Shown: piece by piece, positions 38,430 through 48,255 of the stretch | How the letters are laid out: each line of letters begins with the position of its first letter | How positions within the stretch are numbered: position 1 is the first letter of the stretch | Source of the DNA: an uncultured Chloroflexia bacterium | GTDB lineage: Bacteria; Chloroflexota; Limnocylindria; Limnocylindrales; CSP1-4 | NCBI GenBank assembly: GCA_963768035.1 | Contig: CAVYGJ010000002.1 | Span: forward strand, 401,079 to 465,078 | Reading direction: 5' to 3' | Length of the DNA stretch: 64,000 nucleotides | Translations under genes and position numbers: made by a program | The notes under the pieces: generated by a model | Told to the model about the DNA's origin: nothing | The model's database searches: none | The model's input: the letters and a program-made list of their open reading frames with translations, nothing else

Positions 38430-40370
38430 ATGCCCGACCCCCAGCAGCCCGCCGACCGGACGCCGGCCCAGCGACAGGCCGACCACGCGAGCCTCGCGCG
38501 CCTCTCGGAGACGCTCGTGCCCGCGCTCGTCGCGAAGCTGACCGGCACCGGCCTCGGCGAGGTGGAGGTCCGCGAGGGCGACTGGCGGATCCGCGTCCGA
38601 CGGCCGCTCGGCGCGACGTCGACGGCCCCGGCCCGGCGCAGCGAGCGGCCCAGGCTCGGCGGCCAGGCAGCCCCGCACGCGGAGCCCCGCACGGCCAAGT
38701 CGTCCGCGACCGCCGCGCCCGTGGACCCGGATCGGGCCATCGCGACCTCGCCCGCGGTCGGCGTCTTCCGGCCCGGTGTCGCGATCGGGACGGCCGTCCA
38801 CGCCGGCGACCGGATCGCGATCGTCGACCTCCTCGGCATCCCCCAGGACGTCACGTCGCCGATCGACGGGACGCTCGTGGAGCTGTTCGTGCAGGCCGGC
38901 GAGGCCGTGGAGTACGGCGAGGAGATCGGGGCCATCGAGGCGGACGCTCCGGCGCCCGCGGCGGGCGACGCAGCCGGCGAGCCCGGCGGGGGAGGGCTGA
39001 GCATGGTCAGCCGGATCCTGATCGCCAACCGGGGCGAGATCGCGCTGCGCATCCTGCGCGCCTGCCGCGCGCTCGGGATCGAGTCCGTCGTCGCCTACTC
39101 CGAGGCGGACCGCGAGTCGCTCGCCCCGCTGCTCGCCGACGAGGCGATCTGCATCGGCCCGGCGGACGCCAAGCGCTCCTACCTGTCCGCCCCCGCGATC
39201 ATCTCCGCCGCGCTGGTGACGGGCTGCGACGCCATCCACCCGGGCTACGGCTTCCTGTCCGAGGACGACGCGTTCGCGGACGCCGTGCGCGCCCACGACC
39301 TCACGTTCATCGGGCCGTCCGCGCCCGTCCTCGAGCGGTTCGCCTCCAAGGAGGAGACCCGCCGGCTGCTCGCGGCGCACGGCCTGCCCACGATCCCCGG
39401 GTCCGGCCTGCTGCTCGACGAGGCGCAGGCGCTCGAGGAGGCGGAGCGGGTCGGCTACCCGGTGCTGGTCAAGCCGTCCGCGGGCGGCGGCGGCAAGGGG
39501 ATGCGGATGGTGCGCTCGGCCCGCGAGCTCGCGGCCGTGCTGCCGATCTGCCGCTCCGAGGCCCGCGCCGCGTTCGGCGACGACTCCCTGTACCTCGAGC
39601 GCTGGCTCCAGGACAACCGCCATGTCGAGGTCCAGGTCGCGGTCGACCGGTTCGGGCACGGCGTCCACCTCTGGGAGCGCGACTGCTCCGTCCAGCGCCG
39701 TCACCAGAAGATCCTCGAGGAGACCCCCTCGCCCGCGATGACCGTGGCCGGCCGCACCGAGCTCGCCGAGCGCGCGATCGAGGCGGTCGTGGCGGCCGGG
39801 TACGAGAACGTGGGCACGCTCGAGTTCCTCGTCGACGGCGAGGGCAACGCCTACTTCATCGAGATCAACTGCCGGATCCAGGTCGAGCACCCGATCACCG
39901 AGATGATCACGGGCATCGACCTCGTCGCGCTCCAGATCCGGATCGCGAGCGGCGAGCCGCTGGGCTTCACGCAGGCCGACGTGCCGCAGCGGGGCCACGC
40001 GATCGAGTTCCGGATCAACGCCGAGGACCCGGAGCACGACTTCCGGCCCGGCACCGGCACGATCGAGCGGTTCAACGCGCCGGGCGGCCCGGGCGTGCGG
40101 TTCGACAGCCACGCCTACCAGGGCTACGAGGTCCCGCCGTTCTACGACAGCCTCCTCGGCAAGCTCGTCGTGTGGGGGCCGACCCGCGAGGCGGCGATCG
40201 CCCGCGGCCGGGCCGCGCTCCACGAGCTCGTCATCGAGGGCGTCGTCACCAACATCGCGATCCACCGAGCCCTGCTCGGCTCGGAGCCGTTCCTCGACGG
40301 CAAGTTCACGACGAACCTCCTGGACCGCGTCGGCAGCGCCGCGTTCCTCGCCGCGGAGCAGCGCGCGTGA
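38430..40370 (+). CDS. accC: biotin carboxylase with N-terminal BCCP-like domain lacking the biotinyl-lysine
   Basis: Residues 1-190 align with the genuine AccB of this operon, but the sequence is IVDLLGIPQD where AccB has IEAMKLFNE. From ATG 39003 (preceded by GGAGGG): ILIANRGEIALRI, the ATP-grasp domain, EINCRIQVEHPITE. There is no in-frame stop between the two parts. Confidence 0.85.
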   Translation: MPDPQQPADRTPAQRQADHASLARLSETLVPALVAKLTGTGLGEVEVREGDWRIRVRRPLGATSTAPARRSERPRLGGQAAPHAEPRTAKSSATAAPVDPDRAIATSPAVGVFRPGVAIGTAVHAGDRIAIVDLLGIPQDVTSPIDGTLVELFVQAGEAVEYGEEIGAIEADAPAPAAGDAAGEPGGGGLSMVSRILIANRGEIALRILRACRALGIESVVAYSEADRESLAPLLADEAICIGPADAKRSYLSAPAIISAALVTGCDAIHPGYGFLSEDDAFADAVRAHDLTFIGPSAPVLERFASKEETRRLLAAHGLPTIPGSGLLLDEAQALEEAERVGYPVLVKPSAGGGGKGMRMVRSARELAAVLPICRSEARAAFGDDSLYLERWLQDNRHVEVQVAVDRFGHGVHLWERDCSVQRRHQKILEETPSPAMTVAGRTELAERAIEAVVAAGYENVGTLEFLVDGEGNAYFIEINCRIQVEHPITEMITGIDLVALQIRIASGEPLGFTQADVPQRGHAIEFRINAEDPEHDFRPGTGTIERFNAPGGPGVRFDSHAYQGYEVPPFYDSLLGKLVVWGPTREAAIARGRAALHELVIEGVVTNIAIHRALLGSEPFLDGKFTTNLLDRVGSAAFLAAEQRA

Positions 40371-40470
40371 CCCGCCGACGCCACGCCCCGTCGTGCACCC
40401 CTGCACGCACCCCCGCTCGGCGCACCGCCGCCGTCGGGCACACTCACCTCGACCCCATCCGGAGCCACCA

Positions 40471-40962
40471 GTGACCGACGCCACACCCGACACGCCCGCC
40501 ACCCCGAGCATCGCCGCCCCGTTCTCCACGACGGTGATCGAGGGCCTCATCCCGCACCGCTGGCCGTTCCTCCTCGTGGACCGGATCGTGGAGTACGAGC
40601 CCGCCGAGAAGCGGATCGTCGGGATCAAGGCCGTGACCGCCACCGAGTGGTTCTTCCAGGGCCACTTCCCGGGCCTGCCGGTCATGCCGGGCGTCATCCA
40701 GGTCGAGGCGCTCGCCCAGACGATGGCCTGCTACGTGGCCACCCAGCCCGGCTTCGGCGACCGGATCGGGCTGTTCGCGGGGATCGACGAGGTCCGCTTC
40801 AAGCGGGTCGTCGTCCCGGGCGACACGCTCCGTCTCGAGATCACGATGGAGAAGCTCGGCAGCCGGTTCGGCAAGGGCCGCGGCGTCGCGAGCGTGAACG
40901 GCGAAGTCGCGTGCGAGGGCCTCCTGTCCTTCGTCATCCCGCCGAAGGGAATGCTCGGATGA
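40471..40962 (+). CDS. fabZ: 3-hydroxyacyl-ACP dehydratase
   Basis: GGAG lies upstream of GTG 40471. LIPHRWPFLLVDRI and FFQGHFPGLPVMPGVIQVEALAQ. Confidence 0.9.
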   Translation: MTDATPDTPATPSIAAPFSTTVIEGLIPHRWPFLLVDRIVEYEPAEKRIVGIKAVTATEWFFQGHFPGLPVMPGVIQVEALAQTMACYVATQPGFGDRIGLFAGIDEVRFKRVVVPGDTLRLEITMEKLGSRFGKGRGVASVNGEVACEGLLSFVIPPKGMLG

Positions 40963-41705
40963 CCCGCATCGCCCTGCTGTCCGACGTCCACGGCAACCTC
41001 GCCGCGCTCGAGGCGGTCACCAAGGAGATCCGGCGCGAGAAGCCGGACGCCGTGCTCGTCGCCGGCGACCTCGTGCTCAACGGCCCGGAGCCGAACGCCA
41101 CGGTCGACGCGCTCCGCGTCCTCGAGTCCGAGGGCGCCCTGATCGTGTCGGGCAACACCGACATCGCCGTCGGCGACTTCGACTACGGGAGCGCCTTCCC
41201 CCAGTACCAGGACGGCGTCCCGGACACGGTCACCGCCGCCGCCGAGTGGGCGCACGACGAGCTGGGCGACGACCAGCTCGAGTGGCTGCGCCGGCTGCCC
41301 GCGGAGCGCCGCATCCGGACGGCCGACGACTCGCTCGTGCTCGTCGTGCACGCCTCGCCGGGCTCGCAGGTGCGCGGGTTCGACCAGGCCCTCGACGCCA
41401 ACATCGTGTTCGAGCGGGCCGCCGCCACGGACGCCCGGGTCATCTGCGTCGGGCACACGCACGTCCCCGAGGTCCGCGACCTCGGCTGGAAGGTGATCGT
41501 CAACGCGGGCTCGGCGGGCTACGTGTTCGACGGCGACCCGACCGCCTCGTGGGCCGTGATCGACGTCCACGAGGGCAACGTGACCGCCGAGATCCGCCGG
41601 ACCGCGTTCGACGCGGTCGCGGTCGCGAACGCCATCAGCGCGCGCGGCCTGCCGGGCGACGTCTACCGCGCGGCGACGGTGCGAACGGGGAAGCTGGTCC
41701 GATGA
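40959..41705 (+). CDS. metallophosphoesterase (YfcE-like calcineurin fold)
   Basis: ATGA overlaps on both sides. DVHGN, GDLV, GNTD, GHTH motifs. Confidence 0.8.
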   Translation: MTRIALLSDVHGNLAALEAVTKEIRREKPDAVLVAGDLVLNGPEPNATVDALRVLESEGALIVSGNTDIAVGDFDYGSAFPQYQDGVPDTVTAAAEWAHDELGDDQLEWLRRLPAERRIRTADDSLVLVVHASPGSQVRGFDQALDANIVFERAAATDARVICVGHTHVPEVRDLGWKVIVNAGSAGYVFDGDPTASWAVIDVHEGNVTAEIRRTAFDAVAVANAISARGLPGDVYRAATVRTGKLVR

Positions 41706-42973
41706 CCTGGAGCTGGCCGGAGCGGCCGCGGCGCGTCGTGGTGACCGGCATGGGCACCGTGAACGCCCTGGCCCAGGACGTCCCCTCGTTCTGGGAGGCG
41801 CTCGTCGCCGGTCGCTCCGGCGTGGCCACGATCACCCGCTTCGACCCGTCGCGCGTGACCGCGAAGGTCGCGGCCGAGGTCAAGGACTTCGACCCGACGG
41901 CCGTCCTCGACCGCAAGGACATCCGGCGGACCGACCGCTACATCCAGTTCGCGCTCGTGTGCGCCCGCCAGGCGCTCGACCAGGCGGGGCTGCCGGGCCG
42001 GCTCGACGACGAGACCGCGGCGCGGACGGGCGTGTTCATGGGCTCCGGCCTCGGCGGCGTCTCGACGCTGTTCGACAACGTCCTCGTCATGGCCGAGCGT
42101 GGGCCCGACCGCATCTCGCCGTTCTTCATCCCGATGGGCATCGCGAACGTCGGCTCCGGGCAGGTCGCCATCGCGACCGGCGCGATCGGACCCAACTTCG
42201 CGACGGTGTCCGCGTGCGCGACCGGCGGCCACGCGCTCGGCGAGGCCTGGGAGACGATCCGGCGCGGCGACGCCGACATCATGATCGCGGGCGGCGTCGA
42301 GGCCGGCATCCACGAGGCGACCGTCGGCGGCTTCGCGTCGATGAAGGCGCTCTCGACGCGCAACGACGATCCCGAGGGGGCCTCCCGCCCGTTCGACAAC
42401 GCGCGCGACGGGTTCGTCATGGGCGAGGGCGGCGGCGCGGTCATCCTCGAGGCGCTCGAGTCCGCCGAGGCACGCGGCGCGACGCCGCTCGGGGAGCTGG
42501 TGGGCTACGGCGCGACCGCCGACGCGTCGCACATCACGCTGCCCGCACCGGGCGGCATCGGCGCGGTCCGGGCGGCCCGGCGGGCGCTCGAGAAGGCCGG
42601 CCTCGCGCCCGAGGACGTCGACCACGTCAACGCACACGCCACGAGCACGCCCGAAGGCGACAAGAGCGAGCTCCAGGCGATCCACACGATCTTCGGCGAC
42701 CACGCGTCCAGGCTGGCGATCACGGCCAACAAGTCGATGCTGGGTCACACGCTGGGCGCCGCGGGCGCGATCGAGGCGATCGCCACGATGCTCGCGCTGC
42801 GCGAGGGCTGCGTGCCCCCGACGATCAACCTGGACGACCCCGACCCCTACGCCGACGGCCTCGACCTGACGCCGAACACCGCCTCGCGACGCGACATGCG
42901 GGTCGGGCTGTCCAACTCGTTCGGCTTCGGGGGCCAGAACGCAGCGCTCGTCTTCCGGCGGTGGGACGGATGA
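41702..42973 (+). CDS. fabF: 3-oxoacyl-ACP synthase II
   Basis: Active-site ACATG and the HATSTP / GHTLGAAG His motifs. ATGA overlap. Confidence 0.92.
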   Translation: MTWSWPERPRRVVVTGMGTVNALAQDVPSFWEALVAGRSGVATITRFDPSRVTAKVAAEVKDFDPTAVLDRKDIRRTDRYIQFALVCARQALDQAGLPGRLDDETAARTGVFMGSGLGGVSTLFDNVLVMAERGPDRISPFFIPMGIANVGSGQVAIATGAIGPNFATVSACATGGHALGEAWETIRRGDADIMIAGGVEAGIHEATVGGFASMKALSTRNDDPEGASRPFDNARDGFVMGEGGGAVILEALESAEARGATPLGELVGYGATADASHITLPAPGGIGAVRAARRALEKAGLAPEDVDHVNAHATSTPEGDKSELQAIHTIFGDHASRLAITANKSMLGHTLGAAGAIEAIATMLALREGCVPPTINLDDPDPYADGLDLTPNTASRRDMRVGLSNSFGFGGQNAALVFRRWDG

Positions 42974-43662
42974 CGGAGCACGAGACGCCACGGGAGGAGG
43001 AGCCCATGTCCGACGCCGGCCTGGTCGAGGAGCAGGCGCTCGTGGAGCCCGTTGCCGTGGGCCCCGGCGATCCCGCCGTCAACGGGCACGCTGACGCACC
43101 GGTGGATGCCCGGGCGGAGCCGCCGGCGGCGATCGACGGCGGCGCCGCGGCCGCCCAGCCCGCAGCCGCGCTGTCGACGGCTGACGCGTCGCTGCTGTCG
43201 CTCATCGACCGGCTGAGCGCGGTCCTCGAGCGCGGCGACCTGGGCGAGCTCGAGGTCAGCTCGGGCGGCACGACGATCATCCTCCGCGCCCCGTCCGCCA
43301 TCGCGGCCCCGGTCGCCGTCGCGGCCGCCGCGCCGCTCGCCGAGCAGGGAGGGTCCGTCGCCACGGCGGCGCCCGACACGACCGCCTCGCCCGCCGGACC
43401 CGCCGCCGCGCCCGCGGCTGCGAAGCCCGCGGTCAACGCCCCGCTCACCGGCATCTACTACGGCGCACCGTCGCCCGGCGCGACCCCCTACGTCGCCGTC
43501 GGCGACCACGTGGCGGTGGGCCAGATCATCGGCCTCATCGAGGCGATGAAGCTGTTCAACGAGATCAAGAGCGACCGCGCCGGCCGCGTGACCCGCATCT
43601 GCGTCGAGAGCGGCGCGCTCGTCAAGGCGAAGCAGGCGCTGATCGAGGTCGAGCCGACATGA
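42970..43662 (+). CDS. accB: biotin carboxyl carrier protein
   Basis: Ala/Pro-rich linker and the biotinyl motif IEAMKLFNEI (EAMK at 43540-43551). ATGA overlaps on both sides. Confidence 0.9.
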   Translation: MTEHETPREEEPMSDAGLVEEQALVEPVAVGPGDPAVNGHADAPVDARAEPPAAIDGGAAAAQPAAALSTADASLLSLIDRLSAVLERGDLGELEVSSGGTTIILRAPSAIAAPVAVAAAAPLAEQGGSVATAAPDTTASPAGPAAAPAAAKPAVNAPLTGIYYGAPSPGATPYVAVGDHVAVGQIIGLIEAMKLFNEIKSDRAGRVTRICVESGALVKAKQALIEVEPT

Positions 43663-44849
43663 CCCAGTCCGTGAAGCTCACCGGCTGGGGCCGGTACGCG
43701 CCCGCCCAGGTCCTGTCGAACGCGGACCTCGAGCGGATGGTCGACACCTCGGACGAGTGGATCGTCAGCCGGACCGGGATCCGCGAGCGGCGCGTCGCGG
43801 CCGCACACGAGACGACGGCGTCGATGGGCGCCGTGGCCGGGCTGCGCGCGATCCACACCGCGGGCCTCAAGCCCGAGGACATCGACGTCATCATCCTCGC
43901 GACCCTCACGCCCGACTACTGGATGCCGTCCACCGCGGCCCTGGTCAAGGAGGCGATCGGCAACACGAAGGCGTTCGCGTTCGACGTGATGGCCGCCTGC
44001 TCGGGCTTCGTGTACGGCTACGCGACCGCGTCCGCCTACATCCAGGCGGGCCTCGCGAAGCACGCGCTCGTCATCGGCGCGGAGCTCCTGACCCGGTTCC
44101 TCGACTACACCGACCGGAGCACCTGCATCCTGTTCGGGGACGGCGCGGGGGCGGTCGTGCTGTCCGCGTCCGACGAGCCCGTGGCGCCGGTCGGCATCGA
44201 GCTCACGACGGAGCCCCAGGGCGCGTACATGATCTGGCTGCCCGCCGGTGGTTCGAAGAGCCCGCCCTCGCCCGAGACGATCGCCCGTGGCGAGCACAAG
44301 ATCCGGATGGAGGGCAAGGAGACCTACCGCTTCGCGACCCGGACCCTCGCGTCCACGGCGCTCGCCGCCGTCGGCAAGGCGGGGTGGAGCCAGGACGACG
44401 TGGACCTGATCGTCCCGCACCAGGCCAACGTCCGGATCATCGAGGCGGTGGCCAAGGGCCTCGACCTGCCGATGGACAAGATCTACGTGAACCTCGACCG
44501 GTACGGCAACACGTCGGCCGCGTCGGTGCCGATCGCGCTCGCGGAGGCCGTCAACGAGGGCCGCGTCGACGTCGGCGACAAGATCGTGTTCGTCGCGTTC
44601 GGGGCGGGCTTCACCTCGGGCGCGGTCGCCATGGAGTGGACCGCCGATCCGGCGCGGGGCCGCACCGCCGACGACGCCGTGCGACCCGACGCCGTCACCG
44701 TCCGCGCGCCGCTCGACTGGGACTCCGTGGACCCGATCCCGCCGGCGCTGGCGGAGATCCTCGCCCGCCCGCTGCCGCTGCCCGCCCAGCTCGACCTCTC
44801 GGACGTCGTCCCGGGCGAGCCCGAGCGGGTCCACCAGCCCACCCGCTGA
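43659..44849 (+). CDS. fabH: 3-oxoacyl-ACP synthase III with ~60-aa C-terminal extension
   Basis: AACSGF (Cys), PHQANVRI (His), GNTSAAS (Asn). The extension runs from about 44661 and is Pro/Asp-rich. Confidence 0.9.
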   Translation: MTQSVKLTGWGRYAPAQVLSNADLERMVDTSDEWIVSRTGIRERRVAAAHETTASMGAVAGLRAIHTAGLKPEDIDVIILATLTPDYWMPSTAALVKEAIGNTKAFAFDVMAACSGFVYGYATASAYIQAGLAKHALVIGAELLTRFLDYTDRSTCILFGDGAGAVVLSASDEPVAPVGIELTTEPQGAYMIWLPAGGSKSPPSPETIARGEHKIRMEGKETYRFATRTLASTALAAVGKAGWSQDDVDLIVPHQANVRIIEAVAKGLDLPMDKIYVNLDRYGNTSAASVPIALAEAVNEGRVDVGDKIVFVAFGAGFTSGAVAMEWTADPARGRTADDAVRPDAVTVRAPLDWDSVDPIPPALAEILARPLPLPAQLDLSDVVPGEPERVHQPTR

Positions 44850-44870
44850 CGCCTGGAGGGACTCCCCCAC

Positions 44871-45620
44871 ATGCTCGACCTGACCGGCAAGACCGCCCTC
44901 GTGACCGGCGGCTCGCGGGGCATCGGCAAGGCCATCGTGCTGCGACTCGCCCGCCAGGGCGCCGACGTGGCGTTCAGCTACCGGGGCAACACCGACGCCG
45001 CGAACGCGACCGCCGCCGAGGTCGAGTCGCTCGGCCGCCGCGCGCTCGCCGTCCAGGCGGACGCGAAGGAGCAGCAGGGCGCGGAGACGCTCGTCAAGGC
45101 CGTGCTCGAGGCCTTCGGCAAGATCGACATCCTCGTCAACAACGCCGGCATCACGCGCGACGACCTGATCATGCGGATGAAGGCCGAGGACTGGACCGAC
45201 GTCCTCGAGACGAACCTGTTCGGGGCCTTCTGGGCGCTCAAGGCGTGCACCCGGCCGATGCTCAAGGCGCGCAGCGGCCGCGTCATCAACATCACGAGCG
45301 TCTCCGGGCAGGCCGGCCAGATGGGGCAGGCGAACTACAGCTCCGCGAAGGCCGGGCTCATCGGCCTGACCAAGGCGTCCGCCCGCGAGCTCGCGTCGCG
45401 CGGGATCACGGTCAACGCGGTGGCGCCGGGCTTCGTGCTCACCGAGCTCACCCAGGACCTCCCCGAGGCCCTCCAGGCGCAGATCACCGAGCGCACGCCG
45501 CTGGGCCGGTTCGGGACCCCCGAGGAGATCGCGGACGCCGTCGCCTTCCTCGCCTCCGACGAGGCGGCGTTCATCACGGGCCAGGTGCTCGCCGTCGACG
45601 GCGGCCTGGTGATGATGTAG
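44871..45620 (+). CDS. fabG: 3-oxoacyl-ACP reductase
   Basis: TGGSRGIGKA, NNAG, YSSAKAG (SDR catalytic YxxxK). Confidence 0.9.
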   Translation: MLDLTGKTALVTGGSRGIGKAIVLRLARQGADVAFSYRGNTDAANATAAEVESLGRRALAVQADAKEQQGAETLVKAVLEAFGKIDILVNNAGITRDDLIMRMKAEDWTDVLETNLFGAFWALKACTRPMLKARSGRVINITSVSGQAGQMGQANYSSAKAGLIGLTKASARELASRGITVNAVAPGFVLTELTQDLPEALQAQITERTPLGRFGTPEEIADAVAFLASDEAAFITGQVLAVDGGLVMM

Positions 45621-45625
45621 CGACG

Positions 45626-46210
45626 GTGCCGTTCACCGTCGAGCCCACCGACCTCGCCGAGGTCCTCGTCCTCCGCCCTCGCCTGTATGGCGACGAACGC
45701 GGCTGGTTCGCCGAGATCGCCCAGGTCGGGGCGTTCGAGGCGCTCGGCGGCGGCCTGCCGACGAGCTTCGTCCAGGTCAACCAGTCGCGGTCCTCGCGTG
45801 GCGTCGTGCGCGGCCTCCACTTCCAGTGGGATCCGCCCCAGGGCAAGCTCATGCGGGTCGTCAACGGCCGGGCGGTGATGGTCGCGGTCGACATCCGGCC
45901 CGGGTCGCCCACGCTCGGGCGCCACGTGACGGTCGAGGCATCGTCCGACGAGCCCCTCCTGTTCTGGGCGCCGGCCACGTTCGCGCGCGGGTTCTGCGCG
46001 CTCTCGGACGTCACCGAGATCGAGTACTTCTGCACGGCCGGCTACAACCCGGCCGCCGAGGGCGGGATCCGCTGGGACGATCCCGACATCGGGATCCGGT
46101 GGCCGGTCGCGGACCCGCAGCTCTCGGCCAAGGACGCCGTCGCGGGGTCGCTCGCCGACTGGCTGGCCCGGCCCGAATCCGACGCCTTCCGGTATCGCGC
46201 CGGGAGCTGA
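45626..46210 (+). CDS. rmlC: dTDP-4-dehydrorhamnose 3,5-epimerase-family cupin
   Basis: GTG 45626 lies 5 nt after the fabG stop. DERGWFAE and RGLHFQ motifs. Confidence 0.7.
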   Translation: MPFTVEPTDLAEVLVLRPRLYGDERGWFAEIAQVGAFEALGGGLPTSFVQVNQSRSSRGVVRGLHFQWDPPQGKLMRVVNGRAVMVAVDIRPGSPTLGRHVTVEASSDEPLLFWAPATFARGFCALSDVTEIEYFCTAGYNPAAEGGIRWDDPDIGIRWPVADPQLSAKDAVAGSLADWLARPESDAFRYRAGS

Positions 46211-46336
46211 GCGCCGGGCGACGGGACTGCCCACTGGTACTTTCGGATGGTGCCCGGGTCGTACGCGCGCTGTCACGCTCGACACGTGCTGCCGAGCCTC
46301 CAATCCACGCGTCGATCCGGGTCTCGCCGCACGCCC

Positions 46337-48163
46337 ATGGCCCACGCCCGGCTGCACGCCGTTGCGTTCTTCGGCGGGCTCCTGATCCTCGTCCTCGGCG
46401 TCGCCGGCTGGGCGTTCGGTGGCCGCCCGGAGTCGATCGAGGACATCGTCCTCCTCCTCGACCTCACGATCGGCGGCACGCTCCTGGCGACCGGCGCGCT
46501 CGTCGGCCGTGCGCGTGCCGCGGAGGCGCGCCGCAACGCCCAGCTGGAGGTCCTCCAGCACGCCGCCCGCCGGATGAGCCTGAGCCTGTCGCCGGAGGGG
46601 GTCGGCCGCGCCGTGGTCGAGGAGACGCAGCGGGTCATCGACTACCACAACGCGCGTGTCTACCTGCTCGAGCCGCCCGACGACCTCGTCCCGATCGCGT
46701 TCGAGGGGCGCGTGGGCGCCTACGACATGGTCGACCTGGGGATCCTCCGGACGACGCTCGGGATCGGGTTCACGGGCTGGGTCGCGAGACATCGCACCGC
46801 GATCCGCGTCGACGACGCGAACGTGGACCCGCGCGGCTCCACGATCCCGGGGACGGACGACGTCGACGAGTCGATGCTCGTGGTGCCGATGGTCCACGAG
46901 GACAACCTCATCGGGGTCATCACCCTGTCCAAGCTCGGGCTGCGCCAGTTCGACGACGACGACCTGCGCCTGCTCACGATCCTCGCGGACCTCGCCGCGA
47001 CGGCGTTCGCGGGCGCCTCGCACGTCGCGGAGACCCGCCGGCTCGCGGACGAGCTGCGCCAGCTCCTCGACATGAGCAGCGCCCTGTCGCGGTCGCTCAA
47101 CCCGGTCGACGTCGCGAACCTCATCGCGGAGCACCTCGCCCGGGCCGTCGGCGCCGACCTCGCCCAGATCAGCGACTGGGACCGGGCCAACGACCGGCTG
47201 CGGACCCTCGGCTGCTGGCCCGCCGAGCTGCGGCCCACGCTCGACGACTTCTACCCGCTCCAGGGCTACCCCGTCACGTCGCGGGTGCTGGAGGACGGGG
47301 CCATCTCCGTCATCGACGCCGAGTCGCCCGACGCGGACCCGGCCGAGGTGGAGCTCCTCCGGCGCGACGGGATGCGCGGCCTCGTGATGCTGCCGCTCGT
47401 GGCGAAGGGCGAGGCGATCGGCCTCGTCGAGCTCACCTCGCGCGGCCGCCCGACCTCGGACGCGAGCCACATCACGATCGCCCGGACGATGGCCCACGAG
47501 GCGGCGATGGCGCTCGAGAACGCCCGCCTCTACGAGACCGCGCGCAACCTCGCCGACCGCGACCCGCTGACCGGCTTCTTCAACCACCGGTACCTCCACG
47601 AGCGCCTCTCGGAGGAGGTCGTCCGCGCCGTCCGCACCCGGCGCCCGCTGAGCGTCGTGATGATCGACCTCGACGACTTCAAGGTCGTCAACGACACCTT
47701 CGGCCACGTCTACGGCGACGGGGTGCTCGTCCACGTGGCGGAGCTCATCCGCGGCGCGCTGCGAGCGTCCGATGTCGCGGCACGCTACGGCGGCGACGAG
47801 TTCGCGCTCGTCCTCCCCGAGACCGGGCGCGAGGACGCGGCCGGCGTCGCCGAGCGCATCCTCGCCGCCTTCGCCGCGTCGCCGTTCTCGGACCGCAACC
47901 GGCAGCCGTTCACGATCGGCGCGTCGATCGGCGTCGCGACCCACCCGCGCGACGGCTACTCCGCGACCGAGCTCATCGCGGCCGCGGACGTCGGCCTGTA
48001 CGACGCGAAGGACCTCGGTGGCAACCGGTTCGAGGCCGGGACCCTGGCGAACGTGGCCGCGGAGGTCGGCTCGAGGGCAGTACGACTGGCGGGCAGGCTC
48101 CGGTCCGAGCGGGCGACCGGCGAGCCGATCGGGGCGGCTGGGGTGCGGTCCGGGGAGGCCTGA
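46337..48163 (+). CDS. membrane-anchored GAF-GAF-GGDEF diguanylate cyclase
   Basis: Start preferred at ATG 46337 because the 30 upstream codons from 46247 have lower GC3. TM helices, two GAF-like domains, PLTGFFNHRY and an intact GGDEF motif. Confidence 0.85.
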   Translation: MAHARLHAVAFFGGLLILVLGVAGWAFGGRPESIEDIVLLLDLTIGGTLLATGALVGRARAAEARRNAQLEVLQHAARRMSLSLSPEGVGRAVVEETQRVIDYHNARVYLLEPPDDLVPIAFEGRVGAYDMVDLGILRTTLGIGFTGWVARHRTAIRVDDANVDPRGSTIPGTDDVDESMLVVPMVHEDNLIGVITLSKLGLRQFDDDDLRLLTILADLAATAFAGASHVAETRRLADELRQLLDMSSALSRSLNPVDVANLIAEHLARAVGADLAQISDWDRANDRLRTLGCWPAELRPTLDDFYPLQGYPVTSRVLEDGAISVIDAESPDADPAEVELLRRDGMRGLVMLPLVAKGEAIGLVELTSRGRPTSDASHITIARTMAHEAAMALENARLYETARNLADRDPLTGFFNHRYLHERLSEEVVRAVRTRRPLSVVMIDLDDFKVVNDTFGHVYGDGVLVHVAELIRGALRASDVAARYGGDEFALVLPETGREDAAGVAERILAAFAASPFSDRNRQPFTIGASIGVATHPRDGYSATELIAAADVGLYDAKDLGGNRFEAGTLANVAAEVGSRAVRLAGRLRSERATGEPIGAAGVRSGEA

Positions 48164-48255
48164 CCCCGTACGGAAGTACCAGGACTCCCGCCGCCACTGG
48201 TACTGGGACCTGGCCTTGCCGCGCGACGCCCGTGGTCCCATGCTTGGTCTCCAGG

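Noticed and set aside
38998-39005. BCCP-like domain and accC as two separate genes.
   Set aside because: As sequenced, there is no in-frame stop before ATG 39003. The TGA at 38998-39000 is out of frame. They are kept as a fusion, with internal initiation noted as possible.
46247-46336. N-terminal 30-codon extension of the first diguanylate cyclase (track start ATG 46247).
   Set aside because: The extension has noticeably more A/T-ending codons and an Arg/Ser-rich non-membrane sequence. ATG 46337 is immediately followed by the first TM helix.
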